A stretch of DNA of 64,000 nt from Chrysomallon squamiferum. Taxonomy: Eukaryota; Animalia; Mollusca. Position 1 is the stretch's first letter; each line of letters begins with the position of its first letter. A program made the position numbers and the translations under genes. Below the pieces are notes generated by a model. That model made no database searches. It was not told the origin of the DNA and was given only the letters and a program-made list of their open reading frames with translations. The stretch is from NCBI GenBank assembly GCA_012295275.1, contig CM022671.1, forward strand, positions 24,366,001 to 24,430,000, given 5' to 3'. Positions 13,333 to 26,800 of the stretch are shown here, piece by piece.

Positions 13333-15850
13333 GTAAGAAAAAAAAGTGTTTCATCTTTCAGTAAAATCTAATGTATTTTCCCATTCGTAGTCCATAACGC
13401 TAATTCCCAGTCTGAAAAAAAAAAATAATAATAAAAAAAATAAAAAAATATTCAAGATAATAATAATAATAAGTGATTGATTGATTGATAAATAAAATAA
13501 AAATGAAGAAACAGAAGTAAAATTATGGGGGAGGGTGGGGAAAAGAAAGAGAGAAAAAGAAACAAAATAATCGCTTTTTTGTGTATTGCTCACTCTTCTT
13601 TGTTCCCATAATCAATGTATGGAAAATTAATTAGCAACTTAGTAAGATATACTTCTTTAACATATTTAAGTTGTTCAATCAAAGAGAAAATATTGTTGAT
13701 TTTTATTAACGAAATATAAACTACATATTTACATTTTAACTTTCTGTGTTGTTATTTTGTTTGACATTATTTTCTTATTATCCTAGAAAGCGAGTTATTA
13801 TATTTCGTAAATCATTTTAATGTATTCCTTTGGTGTTAATAGTAATTGTCCGAAATAAAGTGTTACGAATAGGTGCAAAGCATAATGACTGAATTCCTGT
13901 TTTAAAACAATAGGTATTTGTGAAATACAGAATATACGGGTAGGTTTCCAAATGCATCTGACGTCTGAGGTGCATTTATCTTTTAAAGCAATGGTTCGTT
14001 TATTTATTACAACAACAATGGTTTCTCTTCTGGCGAAAATAGTTTGTTAAATCTATTTTATTCTATCTCCGTTAAACCATTTAAAAAACCGCAAAAAGAA
14101 ACAAAGAAAAAAAAAAACTATTTCGATGTTATTATTATACCTTGTTTTTCATTTCTTTTCTTTCTTTCTTTTATTTTTTATTTATTATTATTTTTATTAA
14201 TTTATTATTTTGTTGTTTGATTAATTTATTTAATTTTATTTTATTTATTTTATTTTTTGTATTTATATTCATCATCGTTATCATCATCTTTCATTATTGT
14301 TGTTGTTATTATCGCTACTAATAACAACATAATCATCATCATTTTCGATTCAGTGAGTATATTTAGATATAAATGTTTTTAAAATTGGTGTATGTGTTAC
14401 AAAAAATAATAATAATAATAATCAAAAAATCTGCTGTGCTTTTTGTTAGTATTAATATAAATAACGGGAATTAATGTTTTGCTTCGGACCATTAAACACT
14501 CCTTTTTAGTTTAGTGGCTTTTAGGGCATTTCCGAGTCTTATGGGACAACAGTTTTCAGGGGAGGGGACAACGCGCAGAACTGATAAACGAAATATTCAA
14601 TCATTTTACGTTCTTCAAATCTGCATTAAATCACAGAAACCCTTCAAGCAAAATTAAGTATTTATTAAACGCGGAAGCTAAAACCAGTGATAATAAACGA
14701 CCGAGGTAAAAGCAGTACTGCATGCATATTGGAATTGGTAAAGCCACCCCCGGGCTCTTGCAAAGGCGTTTCCAGCGATCCCAAGTGTTCGCTTTAAAAT
14801 GCAATACTGTGAGAATTCCCCGTTTGGGTTTCTATTTAGACATTTATTGTAATTAATGCCTCTAGCGTTGTTTATCGCGATACAATCGGGTTAATCCGGC
14901 ACATGAATTATTGTATGCTCAGCTTTACTGACGTGATTTTATTCAACAATACCATTCATGGGAGACTTTCAACTCTTATTTTTCCTAACTCTGAATCTTA
15001 TTATGGTAGAAATATGTGTTCTACGAAAGAGTTAATGTCTGGTCCTTGATCTCCAAAACGTGAGCTTAATTTTAAAGTTTTAGAGAGCAATAAATGGATA
15101 ATCTCAAGAATTCTCGACCAGTGCTCTGTGAATAGGCTTCTGTTGAAAAATCTTTTCTTTACTTCCAGTCTCCAAGTTATATATAATTCATGTGCGATAA
15201 GGGATCGATCATTATTTCTCATTGTGCCAGCGTTTAATTACATCCAAATTGAGAAATGAAGACGTTCGGTTTACACACTGCTCCCTTGGGCGACCAGTGA
15301 CGATAATTTCTGCAGTATCATTGTGATAGTAGCGTGCTCGTGCAGTTAAAGTAGCATCGGGCCAGATCCGCGTTTAACTTCAATTGCCGAAGCACACTTT
15401 ACGACCTGCGTCACACCATAAGAGTGAAATTAAACCCTTGATTTTACAACAAAACAAACTATTTATGCGAGACTTCTGATGCGCGCGAGCGGTTATAAAG
15501 AACACCCAATTTAGCCACGTGCCGCGTCTTTCGCAAGACGCACCCCAAGGGAGGAAATCGCTAAGCTGACGTCTTCAGTTTTATGAAGTAGATATCTTGA
15601 TAGCCATAAACGAACTACAGATTTGCTGTAGTTATCTGTTAAAGCAACGGGCAGCCTAGAAGATCAGTAATCCTTCTTTTTCTTTCTTCTTTTTCTTCTT
15701 CTTTTTAAAAAAAAGAAAAGAAAAGAAAAGAAATTATTTATATTTATTTATTTATTCAGAGGCGGAACAAAATAACTATAAAATAAAGAATTGGTCAGTA
15801 AAAGGTTATGAGCTGTTGAGTGCTCTCCATTGTAGTATTCATTTGATAAT

Positions 15851-15882
<32 letters not shown>

Positions 15883-16489
15883 TTGAAAGTGTATTATTTT
15901 GTTCTTCTAATTTATCCGATAAATGTTCTTATTTGATCACCATGTCTTCTGATTTAAATATTATAAAATAATGTAACTGCAAACACTATAATTTTCTGTT
16001 AGTATTTATTTTAAAACGAACATGAAATCAAATTCAAATTTAAAAAATAATAAAAACATACAACATATTGCAACACAATCGTTAAAAAGCACTAATACAA
16101 TGAAAACGAAAGCTTAAAACAATGAGCTAATTTAATGTACAAAATAGGAAAATAATAAAACAAATTAAAACGGAAAAGAAATAACTACAAATATTGGTTC
16201 GATAAAATTTATGTTTGTATGTACGTTCAGGTGCATGAGTGTGTGCGTGAGTATTTGTGAGTGTGTGCATGGGTATGAATTGACTGGTTGTCTGGTGTGT
16301 CTTGTTCATGAGGAAAATAGAAAACATTTATAAGACAGTAAAACAAAGAGTGCAGTTACAAAATGTCAAAAAGTACATCGAGAATTAGTCTGTAAAAACA
16401 GAAACAATAAAACAAAGAAACACTAGAACTACAAAATGCATATTCACGAATTTTTGGCACAAACTGACTAGTCATACACTTTTGTTACA

Positions 16490-16762
16490 TAATATACATA
16501 TATATATATATATACGTATAGATAAACATACGTACATATATACATTATATATACGCACAGACAGACACATATAAATACAAACATATGTACATACATATAC
16601 GCACATACACTTACATACATACATATATACATACATATAAATACATGCATATATACATACACATACATACATAATACATACATACATACATACATACATA
16701 CATACATACATACATACATACATACATACATACATACATACATACATACATAATACATACAT
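16490..16762. repeat. (TACA)n / (TA,CA) compound microsatellite
   Basis: Direct read; source of the MYVC ORFs. Confidence 0.95.
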
Positions 16763-16878
16763 ATTGAATAAATGCATTATTTCACTAATTAGTAAGCTGG
16801 TACATAGCAAAACACACAGGAACAAACAAAACACAAGACAAAAAGCCATTAAAAACATGATAATAGTTAAAGTCACAG

Positions 16879-16884
16879 TTTATT
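16879..16884 (-). terminator. Candidate PRDM14 polyadenylation signal AATAAA
   Basis: AATAAA on the minus strand about 760 nt past the stop, followed by a GU/U-rich tract (ttttgtcttgtgttttgtttg). Confidence 0.5.
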
Positions 16885-17647
16885 AGTGTGTGAAAAGTAA
16901 GAGCGTCAGTGATCGATAAACATGTACTTTCAAGACCAGTGACTTGCCATAAAGTACATTTCTGACTAGGCTTAGCTGAATACTTTTAAGTGAGTAGAAT
17001 GGAACATTCACATAACAATTATCTATGTGTATATTTGTGCATCTTAAAAGGCGATCATTCGCCACAATTGCCCATGACATAATTATATATTTTGCTAATT
17101 TGTAGACTGTATTTATATGTGTGTATGTATGTGTATAGTTGTGTCTTTGTGACTTTGTTTTTTGTTTGTTTTGTTTGTTTTGTGTGTGTGGGTGGGGTGT
17201 ATGTAGATCTATATAATTGTATTTAATACGAGTATAAATCAGACAGCTTTAACATATATATAAAAAATTACATTTTAAGATAATAAATGTGTAGTACAGC
17301 ATTTCCAATAATTAAACTTTTACAGACATTTTATATCCCTATAATACATTAACGCATAAATAAAAACTGGAAATTTTCAATGAAATAATACAAAATAGAT
17401 TAAATTACTTGCTGAAGTTCCAAATTTAGTTTTCATTAACAGAAATACAAACTGCTGATATATTTTATATATATATATTTCATCATCTTCTTCTTGTTTT
17501 TTTTAACCCACAGTTCATAAATTATTTTCATCAGTTTTTCGCTTAATGATTCTTAACATTCAACCAATGTCGTAATGTGATCCATCTGCTTATGAATTCA
17601 GAGTTATTTGAACGCGGTGTGAAAGGTACGTTAAGTCGTGGACAGAT

Positions 17648-17815
17648 CTAAATGGATGTCCCCAGGTGTTCCTGCAGGTGGACTTTGAGATCAAACTGAT
17701 GAGCAAATTCTTGGCCGCATATTTTGCACGCGTCAGGTTTGTCGCGTGCGTGCGTTCTTCTCACGTGACTGTCATGTGCTGCGTGGGATGCAAACGCTTT
17801 TCCACAAAATTTACA
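17648..17815 (-). CDS. PRDM14: PRDM14 last exon, zinc fingers 5-6 and stop
   Basis: [22 protein letters not shown]...[26 protein letters not shown]; tttcag acceptor. Confidence 0.94.
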   Translation of the reverse strand, partial: CKFCGKAFASHAAHDSHVRRTHARDKPDACKICGQEFAHQFDLKVHLQEHLGTSI

Positions 17816-18259
17816 CTGAAAATAAATAAATAAATAAATAAACAACACCACCACCACCACAACCAACAACAACAACAACAACAACAACAATCATAATAAT
17901 AATAATAATAATTCCTGTCGCACTATTAATGGATGATCCAAACATTTTTAACACTTTTAAATAATTTACTATTACCATTATTATATGAAATATGTTGAGG
18001 CATTGTTGAAGATACATCAATTAAACAAAAATTCATTTGGGTTCATTCATCCATCCATTCGTTCGTTCGTTCGTTCGTTCGTTCGTTCGTTCGTACATTC
18101 GTTTATTCGTTTACAAAGAATCGAAATTTACCTTGAAGGGTCTCTCTCCTGAATGTTGTCTGATATGAGTTCTCAGAATACTCGACGCAGTGAACGACTT
18201 GCTACAGTACACACACTTGTATGGTCGTTCCCCACTATGAACCTGTCACAATGATGATG

Positions 18260-18305
<46 letters not shown>

Positions 18306-18319
18306 CAACAACAGCAATC

Positions 18320-18355
<36 letters not shown>

Positions 18356-20584
18356 GTAATATCATTATAATAATAATAAGTAGTAGTAGAGTAGTAATAA
18401 TCGCAGTAGTAGTAGTAGGAGTAATAAGTAATATAAGTTTATAACTGCTATAGAACTCACTCTCATGTGTTTGTTGAGACTCGAGGACTGACTAAAGCTC
18501 TTGCCACAGACAGCGCACTTGTGAGGTCGATGTTTCTCATGTACGTGCAGAACGTGAATTCTCAGTCTGTCTCTTTTTTCAAACGATCTAAAACAGAAAT
18601 AATTTTCGTATGCATCCTCAAGCAAATAGTCAACAGTACATTATAAAAGGTGAACTGATTACAATTAGGTTGTTTTATGATATAACAAAGATACAAATGG
18701 ACAAGATCAGTACATTATATCAAGTAAGACAAAGAGGGTTAAAAATTAGGACCTTGTAAAATATAAATCGTCAAAACCAGAACGTTGTTTAATAATATAA
18801 TATAGATAGCAAAAACTATATAATAGAGCGTCGTAAAACAAAATGGCTGAAACCAGTTATTCTGTAGCTTACTATATAAAAAACGGAAGATAAAAACAAA
18901 ATTATTGCGCGATTTTTCAAAATATTATTTTGACAGGCTGTCGATGTAGGAGCAATTGACAGCTGTGTATTTGTAATGTGGATAAACTAGAAAAAACAGT
19001 TTACCATCAAAGAAATCGTCAAGCTTGTTTTTCCTGAATGTAAGGTCTAACCATGCTGATTCTCCTGCCATAATCACAGAAAATGTATACAAACCCGTCG
19101 TTCGTGTTACAGCAAGAAAATATTATAAAATGACTGAAGTTTGTTCGTGAACTTTCTTTCTTTCTTTATTATTTATTTATTTATTTATGGTTGTTTGATA
19201 CCAGTGATAACCCGTGAGGACATTCTGAGTGACTTTACCTGCTGCACAAATGACACGGAAATTTTCGGTCCCCTTGATCTACACACTTGGTGTATTTGAG
19301 ATGTTTGTCTCTGTAGTACTTGTAGGCAAACACCTTTCCACATCTCTCACACTGGTATCCTTCAGCGTCTAAACAAAAATAAATAAATAAATAAATAATA
19401 GCATACACTTTTCCGTATGATGCAATGTATCGAAATAAATAAATAAATACCTATATTTTTGTATATCTCTCGCACTTACTACAAATAAATTAATAAATTT
19501 AAAATAAAATTAAACAAAATTATAATGAAATAAAGAATTTGTTTTTCATATTATTAATTCAGTTATTTATTTTATATATCCGCAAAATTTAATTATTAGA
19601 GTAAATTTAATTCTAAGCTGTTTATTTTCTATCTGCTTTTTCTAAAACACTTCTATACGTTATTCTTTGCACAAAAATAAATATAGTTTTATTTATTAAT
19701 AATAACAATTACTTATTTTATATAACAAACGACTTCGTTTCCGTGCCTCTAAAACTATTTATATATTTCGTGATTTAAAAATTATTTTCAGGATTCTTGG
19801 TTGTTTTTTATAACTCGTTATCAGAGCATCGCAATTTACAATACCTAAGCACGAAACAAACACACAAGGGTAACAATTAATTCAAAACTTCGGCTTGTAA
19901 ACATTTCAGATTTAAAAAATAAATAAATCTGCAAGTCTTGTAAAACACAATAAAGCTGAAAACACTAACTTTTAGGATAAAAAGCTGAGAGTCTTAAATC
20001 CCCGTGTGCCCATTAGGATTTCCGTCAATGTTTTATTTCGCGATGCTGTGTCAAGAGGATTAATTAAGAAAAGACTCAAAAACAAACGCTCTCGTTTCTT
20101 CCATGTTTATGAGTGTGACAAATAGCCTTTTGGGTTTTACGCTGCCCAAAGTATTTAGCATCAGCTTTATCTTTAGTCCTGGCCTCATAAAAATTCTGGT
20201 TCGCAAAGCTAGAAGGGGGGGAATTTATTTAACTGCATTTGTGACTAAACTGTGTTAACATTAGCGCATGAATCTTTGTCAGAATAGACAAGTTACTAGA
20301 GCTAGTGCTTAGAAAGCCAATGCTTTATACAGGCATGACGTAGGATTTTATTAATAATATCAAAATTTGAAATTGTTGGACAGAAGAATGAATTTTTCGA
20401 TATTGAATGAAAAAAAAAAAAAAAAAAAAGAGTAATAATAATAGTAAAAGACGAAAAAGAAGAGAAAAGTTCAATATAAATCCAAATACTACAATAGTTA
20501 AATAATCATTTCTGTTAAAAGAATTTAGTGTTTGTGGTCTTTCACCTGTCTACCATTCCTCTATCTCTCGTTATCCTTCTGTTT

Positions 20585-20623
<39 letters not shown>

Positions 20624-23263
20624 TTTTATTTTATTTTTATTTTTTTATTTTTTTATTTTTTATTTTATTATTCTTAATATTTTTTTTATTTTATTATTAT
20701 TAATATTTTTTTTATTTTTTTTTATTTTTTATTTTTATTTTTTTTGTATATAGATATTACATTATATAGGCGTGATTACCTATATTACATAAACGCCGAT
20801 ACCTAACATATTTCTGCTCAGTGTTTCGTCTGTCATGTTTCTACTACTAAATATTAATTTACTCACTCTCTGTCTCCTTTTGGCATTGATTTTCATCGCC
20901 GACCAAACATTTGAGAGTAACGGGAATTCCCATTACTTGTACATATTCGTCTCCGTACCATACCAGGAGTTCAGTACTCGAGTAGATGTCACGTGATACT
21001 TCATAATAGATATCGTCTGCTTGCTGCATAACCATAAGATTTTGCTCTCCAACGTGGCGCGCGCAGTTAACATATGACATCCAATCACCGAACGCTCCAC
21101 GGCCATCTATGAAATGGCTTAGGCGGCCGTCTTTGAAAATCTAAAATTATTATTATTATTATTAGTAGTAGTAGTAGTAGTAGTAGTAATAGTAGTATCA
21201 GTAGCAGCAGTAGTAGTAATTTTTTAAAAAGCTTTTACGTTAAACTTTTACAAAGAAAAATATTAGTGAAAATAAAACATAATATAATAGCCTGCCAATT
21301 AAATAATAAAATGTTAAAAGAGCACAAAATTAAGAAATTCATCCCAGTTTACAATTTTATCTTGAAATATTAAAACAATAATGGTGTGTTATTTAAATAA
21401 AACCATTTTGACTAAAGGCTTAAAGTACTATTTGTATATCATTCAAATTGATTATAAAACAAAACAAAAAAAATAGTTTAACACCTATACACCTACCTCC
21501 CACATAAAACTGTTATCGTCGAAGGTTTTTATTTCGCTTGTGTTCACTACCTTGCCTTTGAAAGGTCCATACCGTTTTCCCTTTCTGATGCAGGTGACGT
21601 CTTTGCGACAGAACACGCCACAGTGCGAAATCCCTGCTATGTTCGTCTGAGAAATGAAGAGTTCTAGGAAATAAACAAGACAAATTCATTACAATTATAA
21701 AATCTGTTTCCAGGAAGATTAATAAAACTGTTTATAAACAAATACACATCTATTCTGAAGAAGCACTTTTTTTTTCTTCTTTTTTTTTTCAAAATATTAC
21801 TGTGACGGAGCCTACATAATTCAGAAATATGCTCATGAAAAAATTACATGAAAACTAGTTGACGATGATATTTGAAAAAAAAAAAAAAGAAGAAAAAATA
21901 GAAATGTGGGGTGGGGAATTAAGACGTAGCAGCTTAAAATAAAATGTGTTGTTTACCTGCAGGCAGGTCCTGAACTGGCGGTTCCACTCTGTAACCTCTG
22001 CTGGCAGTGAAATGCAAAGACGTCACCAAATCGTTTGAGTTAGTTTTGTCGACTCCTGTCAATATTAACATGAAGAAAACATTACTTGCATGCAGAAGTA
22101 AATTAATGTACAGATATATAAGCAAATACTGTCAAATATAAACACACCAACTAGCAATATAATGAGCATTTGAATTAATTCTCTCTCTCTCGTGTGTGGT
22201 TTCGTGTTTTTGGGGGAACAATTAAAAATATGAAGAAAAAACACAGCAACCTCTAATCCGACAACATATAAACAAAATCAGAATTTGAAACATTTTCCTA
22301 GAAAAAAAAAATATTTCTAGGCACTCATATTTTAAAAAAAAAAAAAAAAAATTAAATATTTGTCACCAATAATTTTATGAAACTACTCGTGACATCATAA
22401 ACATAATTTGTTAAGATATACGGTGAATCAGAAGTAACGAAATAACAGCTAAACGTAATCATTCTCAATTAAGTGATTATACCGTTGGTAAAGGAGCCTA
22501 TTTTCAGACCACTGAGTGCATGGGAACACGGAGATGAGGCGCCGACAACGGGAATTCTTCGTGGACAGTGAGAATATGGAATCGAGGAGTTTATACCCGA
22601 TGTGTATCCAAAGAGCACGAAATCCAGATCCTCCTGTCGGAAGTAGAAAACATTCTGCGGAGGAACTGGCGGGCACAAGAGAAGTCTGTTGGTGATTTCC
22701 GGCATTAGTCTTGGAGCCATGATGGACGGACGGATTTGTGGAAGGCATGGAACAAACTCTTGTCCGGTATTCCTGCACTGCAGTAGACTGAAAAATACAA
22801 GAGGCGACTAATCACGTTACGGTTTTGAGGATTTATAACATACTACTAATCCAAATTGTATTAAAGAAAAATTATTAAATTTTTTTTTTTTTAAATAATA
22901 ATATTTATGTTGGGTTTTTCAAAGAATACCGTAAAAGTCTAAATTTTATATTTTGATATATTAAACAAAATAATATAACAACTTGTTGGGAGAGTGGATG
23001 AAAAAGTAAATAGTGTAAATTATAATAAGATAAAAAGAGTGAAGTTTGATTTTTAATATTTTTTTTATTACTTTTATTACTATTATTATTATTATTGTTG
23101 TTGTTGTTGTTGTTGATGTTTTTGTTATGACAGCAGTAGTTGTAATATTAGGGGTAGCAGTACTAGTAGACGTAGTAGTAATATATATATTTTTTTTAAT
23201 ATAGAATGGGTTTGTTGCTTTCAGTTACTAGTCCTATATGGGACAAGTTCACTAAAAACAAAA

Positions 23264-23310
<47 letters not shown>

Positions 23311-23761
23311 ATACATAAATAAATAAATAAATAAATAAATATTTCTTATTTAAAAGTTCAGTCCCAGATATCATTAAAATTAGAAAAGAATGAATAAATA
23401 ATTTAGTTACATTAGTTAGTTAATTAAAGATTCGAACAAAACTGTAAATATCTAACATAAGAAATCTAGGCTTAGAAATGTGAAAAGAATGCAAAATTAA
23501 TAACACTATATGGGTTTATTTTTTATTTCTATTTACACTTTTAGTCAAAAATTTACCCTTTCAGAGAACAGATTACGGTATTTATCTAATGTGTCCAGTA
23601 TACTTGTCTCTGGAGATATACGTTAAACTTTTTCCCGATTCCAGGTTATAAAAGAGTAAAGTGCTTTCCTTTGATATTTCTTACTGTTAAAAAACTATTG
23701 TTTGGCAGTCTGATAATCTAATATAAATTATTCTGACATTAGTTAAACAAATGTTCATTCG

Positions 23762-23800
<39 letters not shown>

Positions 23801-26800
23801 GAAAGAGCGATGAACAAAATAGATTTGTGTTTCACCTTGAGCAAAAGCAAGCCAGTTCATGAAACAAAAGCCAAAAATCGTCATTATCATAATAATACAT
23901 CAAAACACAAGTGCTCGTGTTTTTATCATCACCAACAGTTTAGACAAGTTGGCCATTAGGCTTGTGAGTTTTTAGCGTAAAATTAATAATACACAACTAC
24001 GACAAAGAGCTTATTAAACAGAACTGTTATTGTTTAGCTCTTAATGCAACAGCTTCTGAAGATTTACACAAACGGGTAAGTAAACGTCCACGAAGGTCTT
24101 TAAAAATTAATTTATGACATCGCGGGGAAATATTGGTCAACCATTCAGCATAGCGCATCAAGGAGGTTTTGTTGTATTTAAAAAAAAAAAATGAATAAAT
24201 ATTTTACGAGAAATACAATAGTTTTTCCTTAAAAATTATATTGTTATCTTCGCTTTCGTTCACGAGGTTTTTGGAGAGAATAAGGGTTTGCTCTATGTAG
24301 CTGCTATCTGTGTTATAATTGCAACGTATTTTTACGAAGTCAGCGTGAGGAAAAAAGTGATTGATGACGTCTTTGACGAAACGACGGATCTCCCAGTACG
24401 GATCTTCATCCGAGTTATGATGTTAAGGAATGACAATGATTTGAAATAATTCAATTTAAGTTTCGTGCCAAGTATTTCAATAAGAAATTAATATTTTCTC
24501 TGTCAACAGGGTTTTAATTAGTTTCTGCTGAGATTTAAATCAGACGTGACGAATTCATCTAAGATAACCTATGTTACAAATATAAAAAAAAAAAAAAAAC
24601 TATTTTTGATTGTCCTATGAATGCTGGCAATATTAGATAACTGAATGAAAGAAGAAGAAAAAAAATGTTTTGGTGTGTTTTCGAAATAAAAGAATACTGC
24701 TTAACAATAGTTGAAGTTTATTTTGAAAGAACGGTTAACATACGTGAACTTTGCCACCTTCACCTTTAACAAGGTGTATTTCAGTTAATTAAGTTCGTAT
24801 AATTCAGTTTAAAAGTTAGTCACTTTATTGGACTAATTAGCTCAACTTTAAAATATTTCTATTGACGATAACCAAGGTATTAAATATTGAAGAAAGAGGA
24901 CGAAACTATTGTTTATCTCTTTGACTTTTTTCTGGTTGATATTGTTTGGGATTTTTTTTATTTTGTTTTATGTACCTATGTGTTTGTGATGAAAAATTAA
25001 ATATGTGGTAATAATCACATATGCATCAAAATTAAAGATATATATTATTTAAATCCGATATGTGTGTGTTTTTAAAAATATATATCATAAAATGCGTTTA
25101 GAAAGAGATATGAAATAACAAAATTCGGCCAAAGAAAACAAACACTGATAACTGAAATATGTTCAGAAAACTTGTAACTTCTATTTTAATCAGATTATAA
25201 TAAAAAAAAATGTGTGCTTACACTCTGGTCATAATGTTATGCATGTCTACACCAGTATTTGTATTATGGTTATTATGATTATTATTCTTATTATTACCAA
25301 ATCGTAATCACCAGAATTATCATCATTATTACCAGTGTGAAATAATGTCATCGTCATCATCAAGATCATGACAACAAATGTACATCAGACTCGATTCGAG
25401 AATTAAAATGTCAAAGTAGCAGTTGAGAATATTAATTTTTCATTGTTCTGCGCCAGGATTAGAAGCCTTATTTGACACTAATGTCGTCATGCTGATTTTC
25501 ATCAAGTCAGCCCAGTCGATCATCTTTCAGATCTACTATATGTTTTTCCTTATCGTATGATCGCACTTCGCCAGCCAGCCATTTCTGCGAAGAAGACAAC
25601 GCGCATGGGCAAACTGCCCTCTGGGGACCCATATGGCTACTTAGCAAACGATTATTATAAATAATGCAGAAAAGCTAAAGGCTCAAGTGATAGACTGCGT
25701 GGAAATTGTTATAAAGTTGTTGTAAACGTCTAACTTTATTCGCATAATGGAAGACAAACGCTCGGAACTCTAGCCAGTGGCCAGCATTAAAAGCTTCGAC
25801 AGCCTGCAGACCGAACGGCCTTGATGGTTTATTGAACTGATGCTAAAAACAGGAGGTGGGGGAACAGAACCACTGCTTAATTAGCTCGAAACCCGATTCG
25901 CGGATGAAGAAACCACACAGAGTAAAGGTTAAACACTGAGGCTAACATAATGCAGTGACTGGTGAATTTTTTAAGCATCGTCAGTGTTACCTGTGCATCT
26001 CTGTGTAAGTGCGTGCATGTTGCTCTATCTGTATAGATATCTGTGTGCTTACACTTTATAAATTCAGTCACATTAATATTAAAATGTATGTTTTTTGCCA
26101 CTGCGAATGAATATTATTCTTTACACTGACCGTAACAGCACTATGAAAAAAGAAAGACGCTTCAACACTTTTTTTCTTTAAAAAGAAAAAGGCAAAAGAA
26201 GAAGAAGAAAACGACCCTGTTCGGTTGAAAACTATGTTAATGAGATAACGTTATTAGAGCAAAGTCGAGTGTTTATAATATCCTAACACGCAAAGTGGAG
26301 AAATGATACACAAAAACTTTAAGAATTTCTGAACATTCCTTTTCATATAAATTTTTAAAATAAGTTTTCCTCTTATTTCAATATAATACACAACAGGAAA
26401 ATGATTTTAAGCAAACACGCAATAGAGTAATTATGGTTTTAAAAATTCATATTTGTTGGTAATTTTAGAGCCACCATCTTCTGTTCGTTTTATTTTATTT
26501 TTTTTTTTTCATATTTCTTTTATTTATCATAACGGTTTTGTAACCTATCGCTCTCTCAGGAAATATACCTTATCAGCCTTTAACAAATAAATAAATAAAT
26601 AAATAAATAAATAAAGTTTTCCTATCTTAAAACAAAATGGCTGTAACATGACTTCTAATCAATTCATTTTCTCTTTTAACTTCGTTTTATTTTCACTGAA
26701 AATATAACGGTATAATAAAAAAATAATAATAATAATGGAAAGTGAAGCACAGATAACTGTGACCTTACCCATCAAAGCTTCTGTACTCATTTACCCTTTT

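Noticed and set aside
22449-22778. 109-aa ORF overlapping the PRDM14 exon in another frame
   Set aside because: GTG start, no recognisable motif, ends in the intron; expected by chance in a GC-rich exon.
23557-23640. Minus-strand donor AGG|gtaaat as a PRDM14 coding exon
   Set aside because: In-frame TAG ten codons upstream and no ATG; at most a non-coding leader.
26769-26790. ATG...G|gtaagg mini-exon (MSTEALM) as PRDM14 first coding exon
   Set aside because: Phase 1; joined to 22787 it is out of frame and reaches TAA. It could still be a UTR exon.
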